From contig JAXGYC010000009.1 of the NCBI GenBank assembly GCA_040772485.1, forward strand, positions 384,001 through 448,000: a DNA stretch of 64,000 bases, read 5' to 3'. The notes beneath the pieces are model-generated. The model searched no databases. It was not told the origin of the DNA and saw only the letters and a program-made list of their open reading frames with translations. The DNA is from Sedimentisphaerales bacterium (GTDB lineage: Bacteria > Planctomycetota > Phycisphaerae > Sedimentisphaerales > Anaerobacaceae). Of this stretch, positions 32,276 to 42,074 are shown in pieces (the first letter of the stretch is position 1; every line of letters begins with the position of its first letter). A program made the position numbers and the translations under genes.

Positions 32276-32835
32276 GGAATTGTCTCAAGCATTCTGACAC
32301 AGAGGGGAGCGAGCAGGAACGACAGACTCTCCACGTACCGGGTTGCGATCCAGAGCTGGGTTGCCAGATTGGCTCCGTCGCCGGCAAAGACCCCCATTCC
32401 CTTGTACGCCAGGGTGTGGATCAGGTCGAACGCTCCGACGAACAAGCAGGCCATGCCGAGAAACAACATGTACCCATTCTGGATGAATTGTCGACTGTTC
32501 CACACGATGAGGAAGATGGCAAACGCCACGGTGACGGTGGCGATCTCGATGATGCTGTGAAACAGCAGGAAATGGCGCGTGCTCAGAAGATAGAGGCCGC
32601 TGAGAATGACGACCCAGCAGAGCAGGCCCAGGAGCTTCCTGTCGGTGGGTGTATGATGGTCGTTCTGATGCATGTGCCGCTCGTCCATACCAGCAGGCCG
32701 CATCGGGGTGGACTCACAATGACATCGCAAAGGCGCCTCCGTGTCATCACCCGCAGCGTTCTCCGTCGGGATCGGCCCAGCCGCGATAGTCGCACATAAA
32801 AACTGAAGTCTATATCTGCCCTGCCCCTGGCAGAA

Positions 32836-32850
32836 TAGGGAATTTCCCTA
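32836..32850. promoter_or_regulatory. Palindrome upstream of the kinase gene, candidate regulator site
   Basis: TAGGGAA-T-TTCCCTA. Confidence 0.4.
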
Positions 32851-32888
32851 ATTTGCCCCTCGGCCCACGGCTTGTGGCAAAACAGCGG

Positions 32889-34016
32889 TCAGTTCGGATC
32901 GATCTGCTCGTAAATCTGTGCGATCTCGCGGAGCAGGGCTTCGAGTTGTGTGAAATACTGCGATTCGGGAAGCTCTGCTTTCGCGTCGCGCAGTTTCATC
33001 ACCTCCAGTTCGAGCCGGTCGCGCTCGGCGCGCAAGGCCGGCGGCATGCCCGCCTCCGTGTCGCTGTAGAGCAGATGAAGCTGATGGGCCCGGTATCCGT
33101 CGAGAGAAGCGTTGTCGGCGGCCTTCTGCACCGGGCGAATGCCTCGGAACCAGTCGGCGGGCGTGCCCAGCCCGTCGCCGTTGTCGTCGAGCAGGGCGTG
33201 TTCCGTCGCCAGCCGGCCCTCAGCCTGGTAGAACGCCTGGGTGTGATAGGAGGCGGTCAGAAACGCTTCGAGCAGCGACGTCTGGCCGTCCTTGTCGAGG
33301 TCGGCCAGGGGCTCGGCAATCGCTTCGGCCAGGTATCGGCCGAATCGCGTGTAGTTCTGCTCGAAGCCGCTCTTCGTTGCGGTGATGATCACGCGCCCGG
33401 GCGCCGACAGCGCCTGCAGAAAAGGAGCGCTGGAGGAAGAAGTATCGATCAAGGCAACGGTTCGTTGCATTGGCTGGAGCCATTCGACCAGGTCGTCCGT
33501 CGTCAGGTCGGGCCCTCGCAGATTGAACCGGGCGGTCCTTCCATCGAACGTCCCGTGTCCGATCAGGACCAGCCACAGTGGAGCGTCGGTGGCGTGTGGT
33601 TCGGCGGCCAGCAGTTCTTTCAAACGCAATCGGTCAGACCGGGTGGCAGCCTCAAGTCCGAAGGACTTGGGGATGGTTTCCCTGGGCTGACCATCCCCAA
33701 GCTGCGCTTGAGGCTGCCACCCGTCATTCAGACCGACGGTGCGCAATAACGCCCCGGCTCTGGTACAGGCCTGCTCCCAAAGGCCGGTCCATTCGACAAA
33801 TTGCTCCAGGTACTCCGGCATTCCCGGAGCCCCGACGACCACGATCACGCTCTGGGTGGTGGGTGGCAGCCTCAAGTCCGCAGGACTTGGGGATGGCTGG
33901 CTCGTCGAGACCATCCCCAAGCTGCGCTTGAGGCTGCCACCCGCGGCAACAGAGGCCGGAGTACCGATCGTACTCAGAACCAACACGCCAGCCAGGAATG
34001 TCACCTTTGCGTTCAT
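32889..34016 (-). CDS. Exported hypothetical protein (possibly caspase/C13-like fold), last gene of the MoxR operon
   Basis: Signal peptide; LVLIGHG motif; ATGA overlap with upstream gene. Confidence 0.75.
   Translation of the reverse strand: MNAKVTFLAGVLVLSTIGTPASVAAGGSLKRSLGMVSTSQPSPSPADLRLPPTTQSVIVVVGAPGMPEYLEQFVEWTGLWEQACTRAGALLRTVGLNDGWQPQAQLGDGQPRETIPKSFGLEAATRSDRLRLKELLAAEPHATDAPLWLVLIGHGTFDGRTARFNLRGPDLTTDDLVEWLQPMQRTVALIDTSSSSAPFLQALSAPGRVIITATKSGFEQNYTRFGRYLAEAIAEPLADLDKDGQTSLLEAFLTASYHTQAFYQAEGRLATEHALLDDNGDGLGTPADWFRGIRPVQKAADNASLDGYRAHQLHLLYSDTEAGMPPALRAERDRLELEVMKLRDAKAELPESQYFTQLEALLREIAQIYEQIDPN
33641..33722. repeat. 82-bp palindromic element, copy 1, inside CDS
   Basis: GGGTGGCAGCCTCAAG...CTTGAGGCTGCCACCC with inner arms CTTGGGGATGG/CCATCCCCAAG. 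Confidence 0.95.
33861..33942. repeat. 82-bp palindromic element, copy 2, inside CDS
   Basis: One mismatch from copy 1 outside the 14-nt loop. Confidence 0.95.
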
Positions 34017-36385
34017 GGCATTCCCTTCCAGCGGCGAAGCGCCCATTCGACAACCAGGCACAGCAGCGCCAGCAGAAAGATCGCTGGCAGGATTCCGGGC
34101 AGATCCCACAGTGGCCTGATCCAGACGGTGGTGATCGGCACCTTGCGATTCGGCAGATCGCGGGCGAAGTCCGGCAGTTCGTCGAGTTCCACGACTCGGC
34201 CTCCCGTCCGGCGGGCGATCTGCTCCATCAGCGGTCGGTTGATCTTGATCGAGCGAAATTCGCGGGCTTCGAGATCGGTGGCCCAGCCCGCTTCCGCATG
34301 GCCGATCTCCGCGCCATTGGCGTCGGTGACAACCGCGCGAGCAAGATATCCGCCACTGAGGCGCGGGACGTACGTGCTCTCGAACAGGCCGCTCTCGCCT
34401 GCGACCAGAGTGGCTGTCAGACCGAGCGTTTGGCCCTGCGGCTGGTCCACTTCGATGGCGACCGACACGTCGTCCTTTGGCTCGAAATCCTCGCCCCGGA
34501 CGCGCACCTGCAGCGGCTTGACGTCGGTAGCCGGAGCCACCCCATCCGTGACCTGGAGTGAGATCCGCTCCGGCACGTCCGCCACCAGCCATCGCAGCGT
34601 CTGGCGCCAGAACTTGTTCATGTCTTCACGTGCCTCGGCGTCCTGGAGTCCCCATCGCCAGATGTCGCCGACCGTCAGAGTTGCGCTGCGCCCATTGCCC
34701 ATTCGCTGCACCACCAGGGCGGGCAGGGCCTCGGCGTCGTCGCCTCCGACAGTTGCGATGGTCTTTGCGCCGACCCTCGTCGACGCGACGCGACTGAGCA
34801 CGCGGAAGTCGGTCATCTTCGCCAGCCGTTCCTGTTCGTCCGGTTCGTTGTCGCGCAGCCGGGCCCAAGGCTCCAGCCAGCCGTCGCGCGTCAACGTCAT
34901 GCGAATCGCAGATGAGCTGACGCCTTCGGGCGCGCGATCGAGGTAGACCGGCAGGAGGCTGCCAATGGGCGTGCGGTCGAAGTTTCCCTGCCGGAAGGAG
35001 TCTTTGCCGCCGAGCATGAGGAAGCCGCCGCCGCGTTCGGTGACGAACCGTCGCAGCAGGTCCATCTGGTCGTGCGTGAAGAAGGCCGCCTCGACGTCGT
35101 CAAGGATCACGGCGTGATAGCCGAACAGCAATTCCGGCGTCTTCGGGAATCCCTCCTGGAGTTCAGCCGCATCACGCGTGTTCAGGCGGACCAGAACGGG
35201 CTGGTCGTATTGCTCGGTCTGCTCCCGGTCCTGGTTTTCGAAACCGCGGTACAGAGGATTGCTCTGCTCGCCGGCGCGACCGCGCCAGTCGTACTTCGGC
35301 TCGCGCCGCGCCACGCGAATCAGGCCCACCATCTGCACCTGCTCGTCCTCGCTGAGAGCCCGCTGGAGGAACTTGTACTCCCAGTTCGGACGGCCCGACA
35401 CGTACAGGATGCGGTAGGGGCCTCCCCCTCGATCCACGACGATGGTGCGCGCGTTATTGGCGAGTGTGGCTTCCGAAGGGGTCTCGGGCGAGGCCGCCGA
35501 TTCGCCTTTAGTCACCTCTGCGACGCGCACCTGGTAGAACAAGACGCCGGCCCGGTCGGGACGAAGGCGAAAACGGAACGCCTGCTTCTCATTGCGGCCT
35601 CCCACATTCCATTGCTGGCGTTCGACCAAGGCTCCCGACCCATCCATCAGTTCGACGGCCACACTGCGGCCGCCGAATCCGGCGGCTTCGATGTCGGCCT
35701 GCACGATCACAGGGGCGTCCTCGAACGCCGTCTGGCTGACCGAGACGTTGCTCAGCGACAGGTCCTTGGGCGCTCGATCCGTGCCGATGAGAACGGGATA
35801 GACTGGTGGCATGTCCGATCCCGATGCCCATCCGGACTCGACCCCATCGGTCGCGTTGCCGTCGGTCAATAGCAGCACGCCTGCAATCGGCCGGTCGCGA
35901 TACCGCTCCGCAACCGTTTGCAGAGCGTTGCCGATGGCGGAGGCGGCGCCTTCGAAAGTCAGCTCGGAGAAATCCGAGGTCCGACGCAGACGCGAATCAA
36001 AGATGTATTGGCGAAGCTGGAACGTATTGGACAGCGCCGCGAGCCAGTCGGCCTTCGTGACATCCATGGCCTCGCGGAGGATCTCGCCGCGACTTCGATC
36101 GACGCCGGGGTCCCGAACGTTCATGCCTGCGCTGTTGTCGGCGATCACGACAAACAGGTTGGCGCCGGATTCGGCCCGCCGGCCGCTCCATAGCGGTTCG
36201 ATCAGACACAGCGCCAGAATCAGAACGCCCAACAGCTTCGCGACGAATGCGATCCTCTCTGCGGCGCCGATACGAGGGCTGCGCCGATACGTCCACACCA
36301 GCAGGGCGGCAGCGGCCAGCGTCAGAATTGCAGCCGGCCAGACCCAATGCGTCATCGAGATGGTGACGTTCGCCGGCGGAATCAT
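34013..36385 (-). CDS. Membrane protein with VWA-like and GATase-like domains
   Basis: N-terminal TMs, DNSAGM, LLLTDG, GGGFLMLGG, C-terminal EWALRR; ATGA overlaps. Confidence 0.8.
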   Translation of the reverse strand: MIPPANVTISMTHWVWPAAILTLAAAALLVWTYRRSPRIGAAERIAFVAKLLGVLILALCLIEPLWSGRRAESGANLFVVIADNSAGMNVRDPGVDRSRGEILREAMDVTKADWLAALSNTFQLRQYIFDSRLRRTSDFSELTFEGAASAIGNALQTVAERYRDRPIAGVLLLTDGNATDGVESGWASGSDMPPVYPVLIGTDRAPKDLSLSNVSVSQTAFEDAPVIVQADIEAAGFGGRSVAVELMDGSGALVERQQWNVGGRNEKQAFRFRLRPDRAGVLFYQVRVAEVTKGESAASPETPSEATLANNARTIVVDRGGGPYRILYVSGRPNWEYKFLQRALSEDEQVQMVGLIRVARREPKYDWRGRAGEQSNPLYRGFENQDREQTEQYDQPVLVRLNTRDAAELQEGFPKTPELLFGYHAVILDDVEAAFFTHDQMDLLRRFVTERGGGFLMLGGKDSFRQGNFDRTPIGSLLPVYLDRAPEGVSSSAIRMTLTRDGWLEPWARLRDNEPDEQERLAKMTDFRVLSRVASTRVGAKTIATVGGDDAEALPALVVQRMGNGRSATLTVGDIWRWGLQDAEAREDMNKFWRQTLRWLVADVPERISLQVTDGVAPATDVKPLQVRVRGEDFEPKDDVSVAIEVDQPQGQTLGLTATLVAGESGLFESTYVPRLSGGYLARAVVTDANGAEIGHAEAGWATDLEAREFRSIKINRPLMEQIARRTGGRVVELDELPDFARDLPNRKVPITTVWIRPLWDLPGILPAIFLLALLCLVVEWALRRWKGMP

Positions 36386-39300
36386 GGATGGTCGCCCCCC
36401 AGATTCTCGAAGTAACTTCGTACCACGTCGGCGAAACGGTCGGGCACCGGGTCGCGATCGATCGGGACCAGGGCCTCGTCCGACTCGAGCCCGGCGAGTG
36501 TATCCCGGAGTTTCTCCTGCAATTCCATGAGCGGCTTGGTGATCTGCTGCTGGACCAGATCCCACTGAGGTTCCTTGCCGTGGCGCGTGAAGTCCGTCCG
36601 TATAGTGCGGGCCCGGTCCCGGACTCTTGCCACGTCCTCGCGAAGATCGCGTTCGGTCAACATCTCCTCCACGTCACGAAGCCGATCGGACCAGTCTCGA
36701 TAGTCCCCGCCGGTCAGTGGACCACGTGCGCCGCTGTCGCTCCATTCCTCGAACGACTCGCCTCCGGGTCCCCAGCCGCTCGGGTTGCCCCGCTCGTCTC
36801 TATTGCCCCGCGTGGTCTGGCCATCCCGCTCTTGTTGCGACCGAGCGCCGTCCTGTGCCATGCCCGGCTGCTGCGGCGTCTCGTTGCTGGCCGATGGCTC
36901 CTGTTGCGGTCGTCCGCCCTCGCTGGGCATCGGGTCCTGACGTTGGGTCTCATTCGGTTGCCCACGGCCGGACGCAGCCGCCCGTTCGTTGGGATCGTCG
37001 CGGCGTTCACCGCCTGCACCGGTTGCACGAGCGGTCTCCTCGTCGACCTGGCGGATCAACTCGTCGAGCTGCTGGCGGGCCAGCCGCAACGATTCTGCCT
37101 CATCGCCCAGCACGCTCTCGGCAGCCTCCTCGACGCCTTCACGAAGCTCGTCGATCCCCTGGGCTGCCCGTCGTTCGATCTCCCGAGCCTGGGGCAGGAA
37201 GTTCCGCTCCAGCAACTGGCCGGCAGCCTCCAGGGCCTGGTCGAGGTTCTCCGTGCTGGCCTTGCGCAGCGTGTCGTAGAGTCTTCGCGAAAGCAGCGGC
37301 TCGGCGATCTCCGATCGCTCGCTCACATCTTTCATCTGCTCGATCAGCTCTTCGACCTCTCCTCTCTGTTGCTCGATTTGCTCGGTCACTTCGCCGCTCG
37401 TGCCCGTGTCCGCAAGCGTCCGGCGGCCTGAGCCCGCCTGCTGCTCCATCTGTTCGGCGATCCGATCCTGCCTCTGGTCGAGCTGCTGCGCTCGGTCGCG
37501 CATGTCGCGCATCTCCTCGGAGAACTGGCTCGATGTGTTGCGCCGGAACTCGTCGCGCATCTGTTCGAGCTGCCGTTGCGCGCGTGTTGCCGACGTGATG
37601 GCCCGAGAGACCATCCCCTCTTCGAGATCCTGGGCGGACTGGCGGATCTGGGAACGCGAATCGTCGAGCTGCTCTCTGGCGTCGGCCATTCGTTGCCGAT
37701 TCTGCGACTGGTCCATTCTCGCCTGGAGTTCGTCGATGTCACGAAGGGCTTCGACCTGCTCGTCTCGCAGGCGTTTGAGTTCGCGCAGGATCTCTTGTCT
37801 TTCCTGTTCGTTGCGCGCCTGCCGCAGGGCGGCCTCGGCCTCTCGCAGCCGCTCGCTCACGTCGTTCTGACGCCGCGCGAGATCGCCGAGCCGGTTGAGG
37901 ACCTGAAGGTCCTCGCGCCGGGCGGTCTGCTCTCGCGATTGGGCCACACGTTCGGTCTCGTACCGATTCTCCTGTTCCGTCAGTTCGAGTTGCTGCAACT
38001 GCTGCTGCGACCGGGCGGAGCCGGCGTTGTTGCCGCGTCCGGAGTTCTGTGCTCGCGCGATCTGATGCTCGCGTCCCCTGAGCTTGAGCAGTTCCTGGTA
38101 GGCAGCCTGCTCGGCGCCCAGCGCGGCCGTTAACTCCGCGGCCGAGGTCGACTGCGTGGCCTGCGTCAGATGGTCTACGGAAGTCTCCATGTGTTCGGCA
38201 GCGGCCTGGAGCGCCTGGCCGGCCGATGGGTCCTCCGCCTCGGCCGTTGCAGATCGGGCCTTTTCCAGTGCTTCGGCCTGCGACTGGCGGACGACATCGA
38301 CGTCGTCTTTTCGCTCGCCGAGGTTGCCCGACAGGTCGGTCTGCTGTTTGATGTTCCAGGTAGCGATGATGATCTGCTTCTGCATCTGGATGAGTTCGTC
38401 GGTTTGTTGACCCTGCTGTTGCCCATCCTGACTCTGCTGCTGTTGGCTGCGCTGATCCTGAAACGACTGGTTCTCGATGAAGACCTCGTCGAAGGGGCGC
38501 ACCTCGGCAAAGTACATGTCGCTGACGGCTCGACGCGGCCGGCCGTCGGGTCCAACGTCGTCGGCCCAGAAGTGGTACGTCAGCAGTTGGTCGGGGACGG
38601 CCCCGAGTTCCTCGATGGCCAGCAGGTGCTGGATCTGCTGCTGGCTGGCCGCCGGTGCGTCGCTCAGCACGATGTCCCGGCTCTCCACGCCCGCCAGGGT
38701 GTACGTCACTCCATAGCGGGCCACACCGTAATCGTCGGAAACTTCGGCCTGGAGGTCCAGCTCTTCCAGAGGCGAGGCCGCGACGTCGCGGTTGGGAAAC
38801 AGAGGCTTCAGCTCGGCAGGGAGGTTCTTGTGAACGTCGACCGTGAAACGCGGAGGCATCTTGCTGTCCAGCCCCTGAGCGTCCGCCATGAGCAGCTCGT
38901 ATCGCTCGCTCTGCTCGGCGGCAAAAGACGTCGTCAGGACATGGGGATGCTCAGGGTCGAGGTTCAGCGCCAGCGCGATGCCCGTTCTCGGAGCCAGACG
39001 CGCCGTCGCCACAGGCTTGTTCAGTGTGAACGTCAGCGTGACGTGCGAACCTTCGACGACGCTGATGCGTCGCGTGTCGTGGATTGTCTTTTCGGGCAGG
39101 TTCGTATATGAAGGATAGACGATCTTCGCATCGGCCTGGATCAGACGCGGACGGTCCAGGACGGTGATCTCATAGTTGCCGCTGCGCTCGTCGGCGTATT
39201 CGATGTGATAGAGCAGGTCCGAACGGACGTCCGGAATGACGCCTCCGAAGACCGCGTCATCCACGCTTCGCGTCAGCGGCACTCGTTGTTGCTCCTGCCC

Positions 39301-39963
39301 GGCGGCGCCGAACGAAAGGCCGACCTCGTGTGGAATGCGTCCATCGAATCGTGCGACGATTACCACGGGGCTTCCGGCCTCCACGGTGGCATCGCCCGGC
39401 GTGATTGTGACCTCGTAGCCTCTGGAAGCCAGGACGCCGCGACGACTGCTCGACAGCAGGGACATTGAGGGCAACATCTGCGAGAGCACCGCCGCCACGA
39501 GCAACAGGGCTGCGATGCGACTGATGTTGGCCATCGCTACGGTTCTGGGCGGGATGCTCTGGAGCCAGTCGTGGTTCGTCGCATGGATGATGGCTCCCTT
39601 GAGCACCTGCGTCTGGAGATAGCCCAGCCGACCGCCCGGATGGTCGGGTTTCTGTTCGATGGCGGCCAGTAGAAGGGCCTTGAGATCGGGATGATGCTGT
39701 TCGATGTCCCGCGCGACGGCCTGGTAGTCGAGTTGGACGCGATCTGTCTTGTAGATTGCCGCGATCGTTGCTGCAATGGTGGCGATGCACCACAGTCCCG
39801 CCTTGAAGGGAAGTCGCCATCCCCATAGCCAGTCGGCGCCGATCAGCGCCAGACCAACGAGTGCGGCGATGAGCCAATAGCGCGATAGGCGCCATGCGAG
39901 GTCCAGACGCCTTCGGCGCGTTATGATCGGTTCGAGCTGTCTGCGAAGCGTGTGCTCGATCAT
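36382..39963 (-). CDS. Large membrane-anchored coiled-coil protein (DUF4175-like)
   Basis: TMs, YPSYT, DDYGV, long Q/E/R coiled coil, C-terminal RSYFENL. Confidence 0.75.
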   Translation of the reverse strand: MIEHTLRRQLEPIITRRRRLDLAWRLSRYWLIAALVGLALIGADWLWGWRLPFKAGLWCIATIAATIAAIYKTDRVQLDYQAVARDIEQHHPDLKALLLAAIEQKPDHPGGRLGYLQTQVLKGAIIHATNHDWLQSIPPRTVAMANISRIAALLLVAAVLSQMLPSMSLLSSSRRGVLASRGYEVTITPGDATVEAGSPVVIVARFDGRIPHEVGLSFGAAGQEQQRVPLTRSVDDAVFGGVIPDVRSDLLYHIEYADERSGNYEITVLDRPRLIQADAKIVYPSYTNLPEKTIHDTRRISVVEGSHVTLTFTLNKPVATARLAPRTGIALALNLDPEHPHVLTTSFAAEQSERYELLMADAQGLDSKMPPRFTVDVHKNLPAELKPLFPNRDVAASPLEELDLQAEVSDDYGVARYGVTYTLAGVESRDIVLSDAPAASQQQIQHLLAIEELGAVPDQLLTYHFWADDVGPDGRPRRAVSDMYFAEVRPFDEVFIENQSFQDQRSQQQQSQDGQQQGQQTDELIQMQKQIIIATWNIKQQTDLSGNLGERKDDVDVVRQSQAEALEKARSATAEAEDPSAGQALQAAAEHMETSVDHLTQATQSTSAAELTAALGAEQAAYQELLKLRGREHQIARAQNSGRGNNAGSARSQQQLQQLELTEQENRYETERVAQSREQTARREDLQVLNRLGDLARRQNDVSERLREAEAALRQARNEQERQEILRELKRLRDEQVEALRDIDELQARMDQSQNRQRMADAREQLDDSRSQIRQSAQDLEEGMVSRAITSATRAQRQLEQMRDEFRRNTSSQFSEEMRDMRDRAQQLDQRQDRIAEQMEQQAGSGRRTLADTGTSGEVTEQIEQQRGEVEELIEQMKDVSERSEIAEPLLSRRLYDTLRKASTENLDQALEAAGQLLERNFLPQAREIERRAAQGIDELREGVEEAAESVLGDEAESLRLARQQLDELIRQVDEETARATGAGGERRDDPNERAAASGRGQPNETQRQDPMPSEGGRPQQEPSASNETPQQPGMAQDGARSQQERDGQTTRGNRDERGNPSGWGPGGESFEEWSDSGARGPLTGGDYRDWSDRLRDVEEMLTERDLREDVARVRDRARTIRTDFTRHGKEPQWDLVQQQITKPLMELQEKLRDTLAGLESDEALVPIDRDPVPDRFADVVRSYFENLGGDHP

Positions 39964-42074
39964 GTCGGTTCCCCCCGGGACTCTGATGCGGGCCGGGTCA
40001 GCCATCCGGCCAGCCAGGTCTCCAGTAACAGCACAACCAGGGCAGCGACCAACACCCACCGCCAGAGTTTCTGTTCGCTTTCGGTTTCTGCCATTCCTCG
40101 ATGGATTGCAGCCTTCGCGAGCTGACCGGTTACTACGGGACTGGGTGGCTTCAGTGAAAGCCCCAGTTTCTCCAGTTCCTCGATCTCCATCGGATCGGTC
40201 CGGCTTTCCGACACGGGCACGTTGACCGCAAACTGTCTTGTCCCGCCCTGGGATTCGATGCCGTAGATCCCAGGCATGTCCGTTTGGGTGAACGTCTCGG
40301 CGCCTCTTTCGAGTACGACCGCCGAGCCGTCGGGTTTTCGGATTCGGCCATTCTCCGATGGCAACGCGGTCGGACGTGAGATGGGCACCGGGTCGCCGAC
40401 GAAATACTGGGCCTGTGTTCCTGTGAGCGCGCCGCCGTATTCCAGGACGCTGTAGAGCAACGGGACGAACTTGGACGACAGGGCCAGGTCGCTGTCGGTC
40501 GGATGCCAGCCGCTGGTCAAGACCAGCACCGTCCCTCTGCCCTTGGGCACCTCGAACCACGCCGGATCGTCGCTATCGTACCGCGCCAGCACGCGGGCGC
40601 CGGGAACAGCAGCAAGATCAACTCGCCGATGCTTCCAGAAATGGACCTTTGTGAAATCGCCGAAACGGGGATCGGAAAACACCGCCAGCAGTGGATGGGC
40701 GAACTCGATCTGCCCGAGCATCGCGTATCGGCCGGCGTCCGCCTCTTCGCAGTTGATGTTGGCGATGCCTGTGAGGGCCGACAGCGCGGTCATGGCTTGG
40801 GCCGACTTCATCGCCAGCAGTACGGTTCCGCCCGATTCGACGTGTCCGCCAAGGACACCAAGGTTCTCTGCGTGCGTTGTTTCGGTTACGACGGTCAGAT
40901 GGGCCGCCGCCACTTCATCAGGGACCAGTGGTTCATCACCCTTGTGGAACGTGACACGAACGTTCAGCCCGCCTGAGGCCTTGAATGCCTGACGCACGTA
41001 ATACAGCATGCCCCTCGGATCGTTCGGTTCGTCGTTACCGATGCAGAGGATATTGATCTGCTGTTGCAGGCGAGGCGCGATGTAGAGCGTGTTGTCGAAA
41101 TCGTGGTCGTCGCCGGTCAGGACGAGCCGGTTTGTGTTCGATGGATCGCCTGGTGTTGAGACCTTGACGACGGCGCTGCGGCCGGCTGGAACATACACAT
41201 CGACCGTCCGAGAGGACGCCGGCTCATCGGCCCAGCGTAATTGAAACTGCTCTGCGGCCGCCTCGGGCGCGTTGGTCACGCGGATGCTCGGTGCATCGTT
41301 GCTGTCGGGACCTGTCGGATGGCGGCGATGGATCACCCATTCCAACGCCGCATTGGTCGCCTTGGCGCACTCCACCGGCCGCAGGATCAGTTCTGTTGTC
41401 TCAGGCCACTCGTACGTGTGGAGTGCATCGAGGCGGCATCCCTGCTGCAGGTCGCCGATCAGCACGATCTGTCGGATTCCGCCGGGCTGGTCCCCATCGC
41501 CGACCTCATTGTCCTCGATTGCTTCGGCGGCGATTGTCAGCGCTGCCCCCAGATCGGTCGATGCCCAGCCGGGCGACATATCCGCCAGGCAGTCAGTCAC
41601 CGCCGCAGCGCGTCGGGGCAGGTCCAGGGCAGCCCATTGCTCGAACCCGATCTGTGTCTGCGTATTCTGATCGAACGTCATCAGGCACACCCGATCGATC
41701 GGCTCGACGTCGCTCAGGACGGAACGCACCTCGGCCGTCGCCTGGTTCCACAGTCCGGCGCGGCGCATCGACGCGCTGGTGTCGACGAGCAGGATGATGC
41801 GTCTGCCCTGGTGAGTCACCGTCTCGGGGGTCTGGCGCGAGAGCAGCGGTCGTGCAAACGCAATGGCCAGCAGGCACAGCAGCAGGCACCGCAGAATCAG
41901 CAGCGACAGGTTCTCGATGCGGCTTCGGTTCCGCAGACGTGGGGCGGTTGTCCGCACGAACATCAGCGAGCTGAACGTCACGCGCTTCCGCGTATGGCGG
42001 CGGATCATGTGCAGCAGGATCGGCACGCCGACGGCGGCGACCCCGGCCAGAAGTAGCGGATAGAGAAAGCTCAT
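39960..42074 (-). CDS. BatA N-terminal/VWA domain protein
   Basis: MSFLYP..PILLH..FSSLMF, AFARP, DTSASM MIDAS. Confidence 0.85.
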   Translation of the reverse strand: MSFLYPLLLAGVAAVGVPILLHMIRRHTRKRVTFSSLMFVRTTAPRLRNRSRIENLSLLILRCLLLCLLAIAFARPLLSRQTPETVTHQGRRIILLVDTSASMRRAGLWNQATAEVRSVLSDVEPIDRVCLMTFDQNTQTQIGFEQWAALDLPRRAAAVTDCLADMSPGWASTDLGAALTIAAEAIEDNEVGDGDQPGGIRQIVLIGDLQQGCRLDALHTYEWPETTELILRPVECAKATNAALEWVIHRRHPTGPDSNDAPSIRVTNAPEAAAEQFQLRWADEPASSRTVDVYVPAGRSAVVKVSTPGDPSNTNRLVLTGDDHDFDNTLYIAPRLQQQINILCIGNDEPNDPRGMLYYVRQAFKASGGLNVRVTFHKGDEPLVPDEVAAAHLTVVTETTHAENLGVLGGHVESGGTVLLAMKSAQAMTALSALTGIANINCEEADAGRYAMLGQIEFAHPLLAVFSDPRFGDFTKVHFWKHRRVDLAAVPGARVLARYDSDDPAWFEVPKGRGTVLVLTSGWHPTDSDLALSSKFVPLLYSVLEYGGALTGTQAQYFVGDPVPISRPTALPSENGRIRKPDGSAVVLERGAETFTQTDMPGIYGIESQGGTRQFAVNVPVSESRTDPMEIEELEKLGLSLKPPSPVVTGQLAKAAIHRGMAETESEQKLWRWVLVAALVVLLLETWLAGWLTRPASESRGEPT

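Larger units (their letters stand above)
30679..32304 (-). mobile_element. IS3-family insertion sequence (~1.63 kb)
   Basis: orfA/orfB pair; imperfect 26-bp IRs starting at 30686 and ending at 32299; GGGA direct repeats at 30675-30678 and 32305-32308. Confidence 0.9.
28305..32688 (-). pseudogene. MASE3 + multi-PAS HisKA_3-type sensor histidine kinase interrupted by an IS
   Basis: N-part LLFHSIIE..HTLAYKGMG..ATQLWI; C-part PAS repeats, ELHDSVGQ, ELLVNAAKHA, DNGIGF, GFGL; removing the IS restores the frame (LLAPIFLRRR). Confidence 0.9.

Noticed and set aside
30686..32299. IS ends placed exactly at TGTCA...TGACA
   Set aside because: This leaves no target duplication and 16 extra nt that break the reconstructed kinase frame
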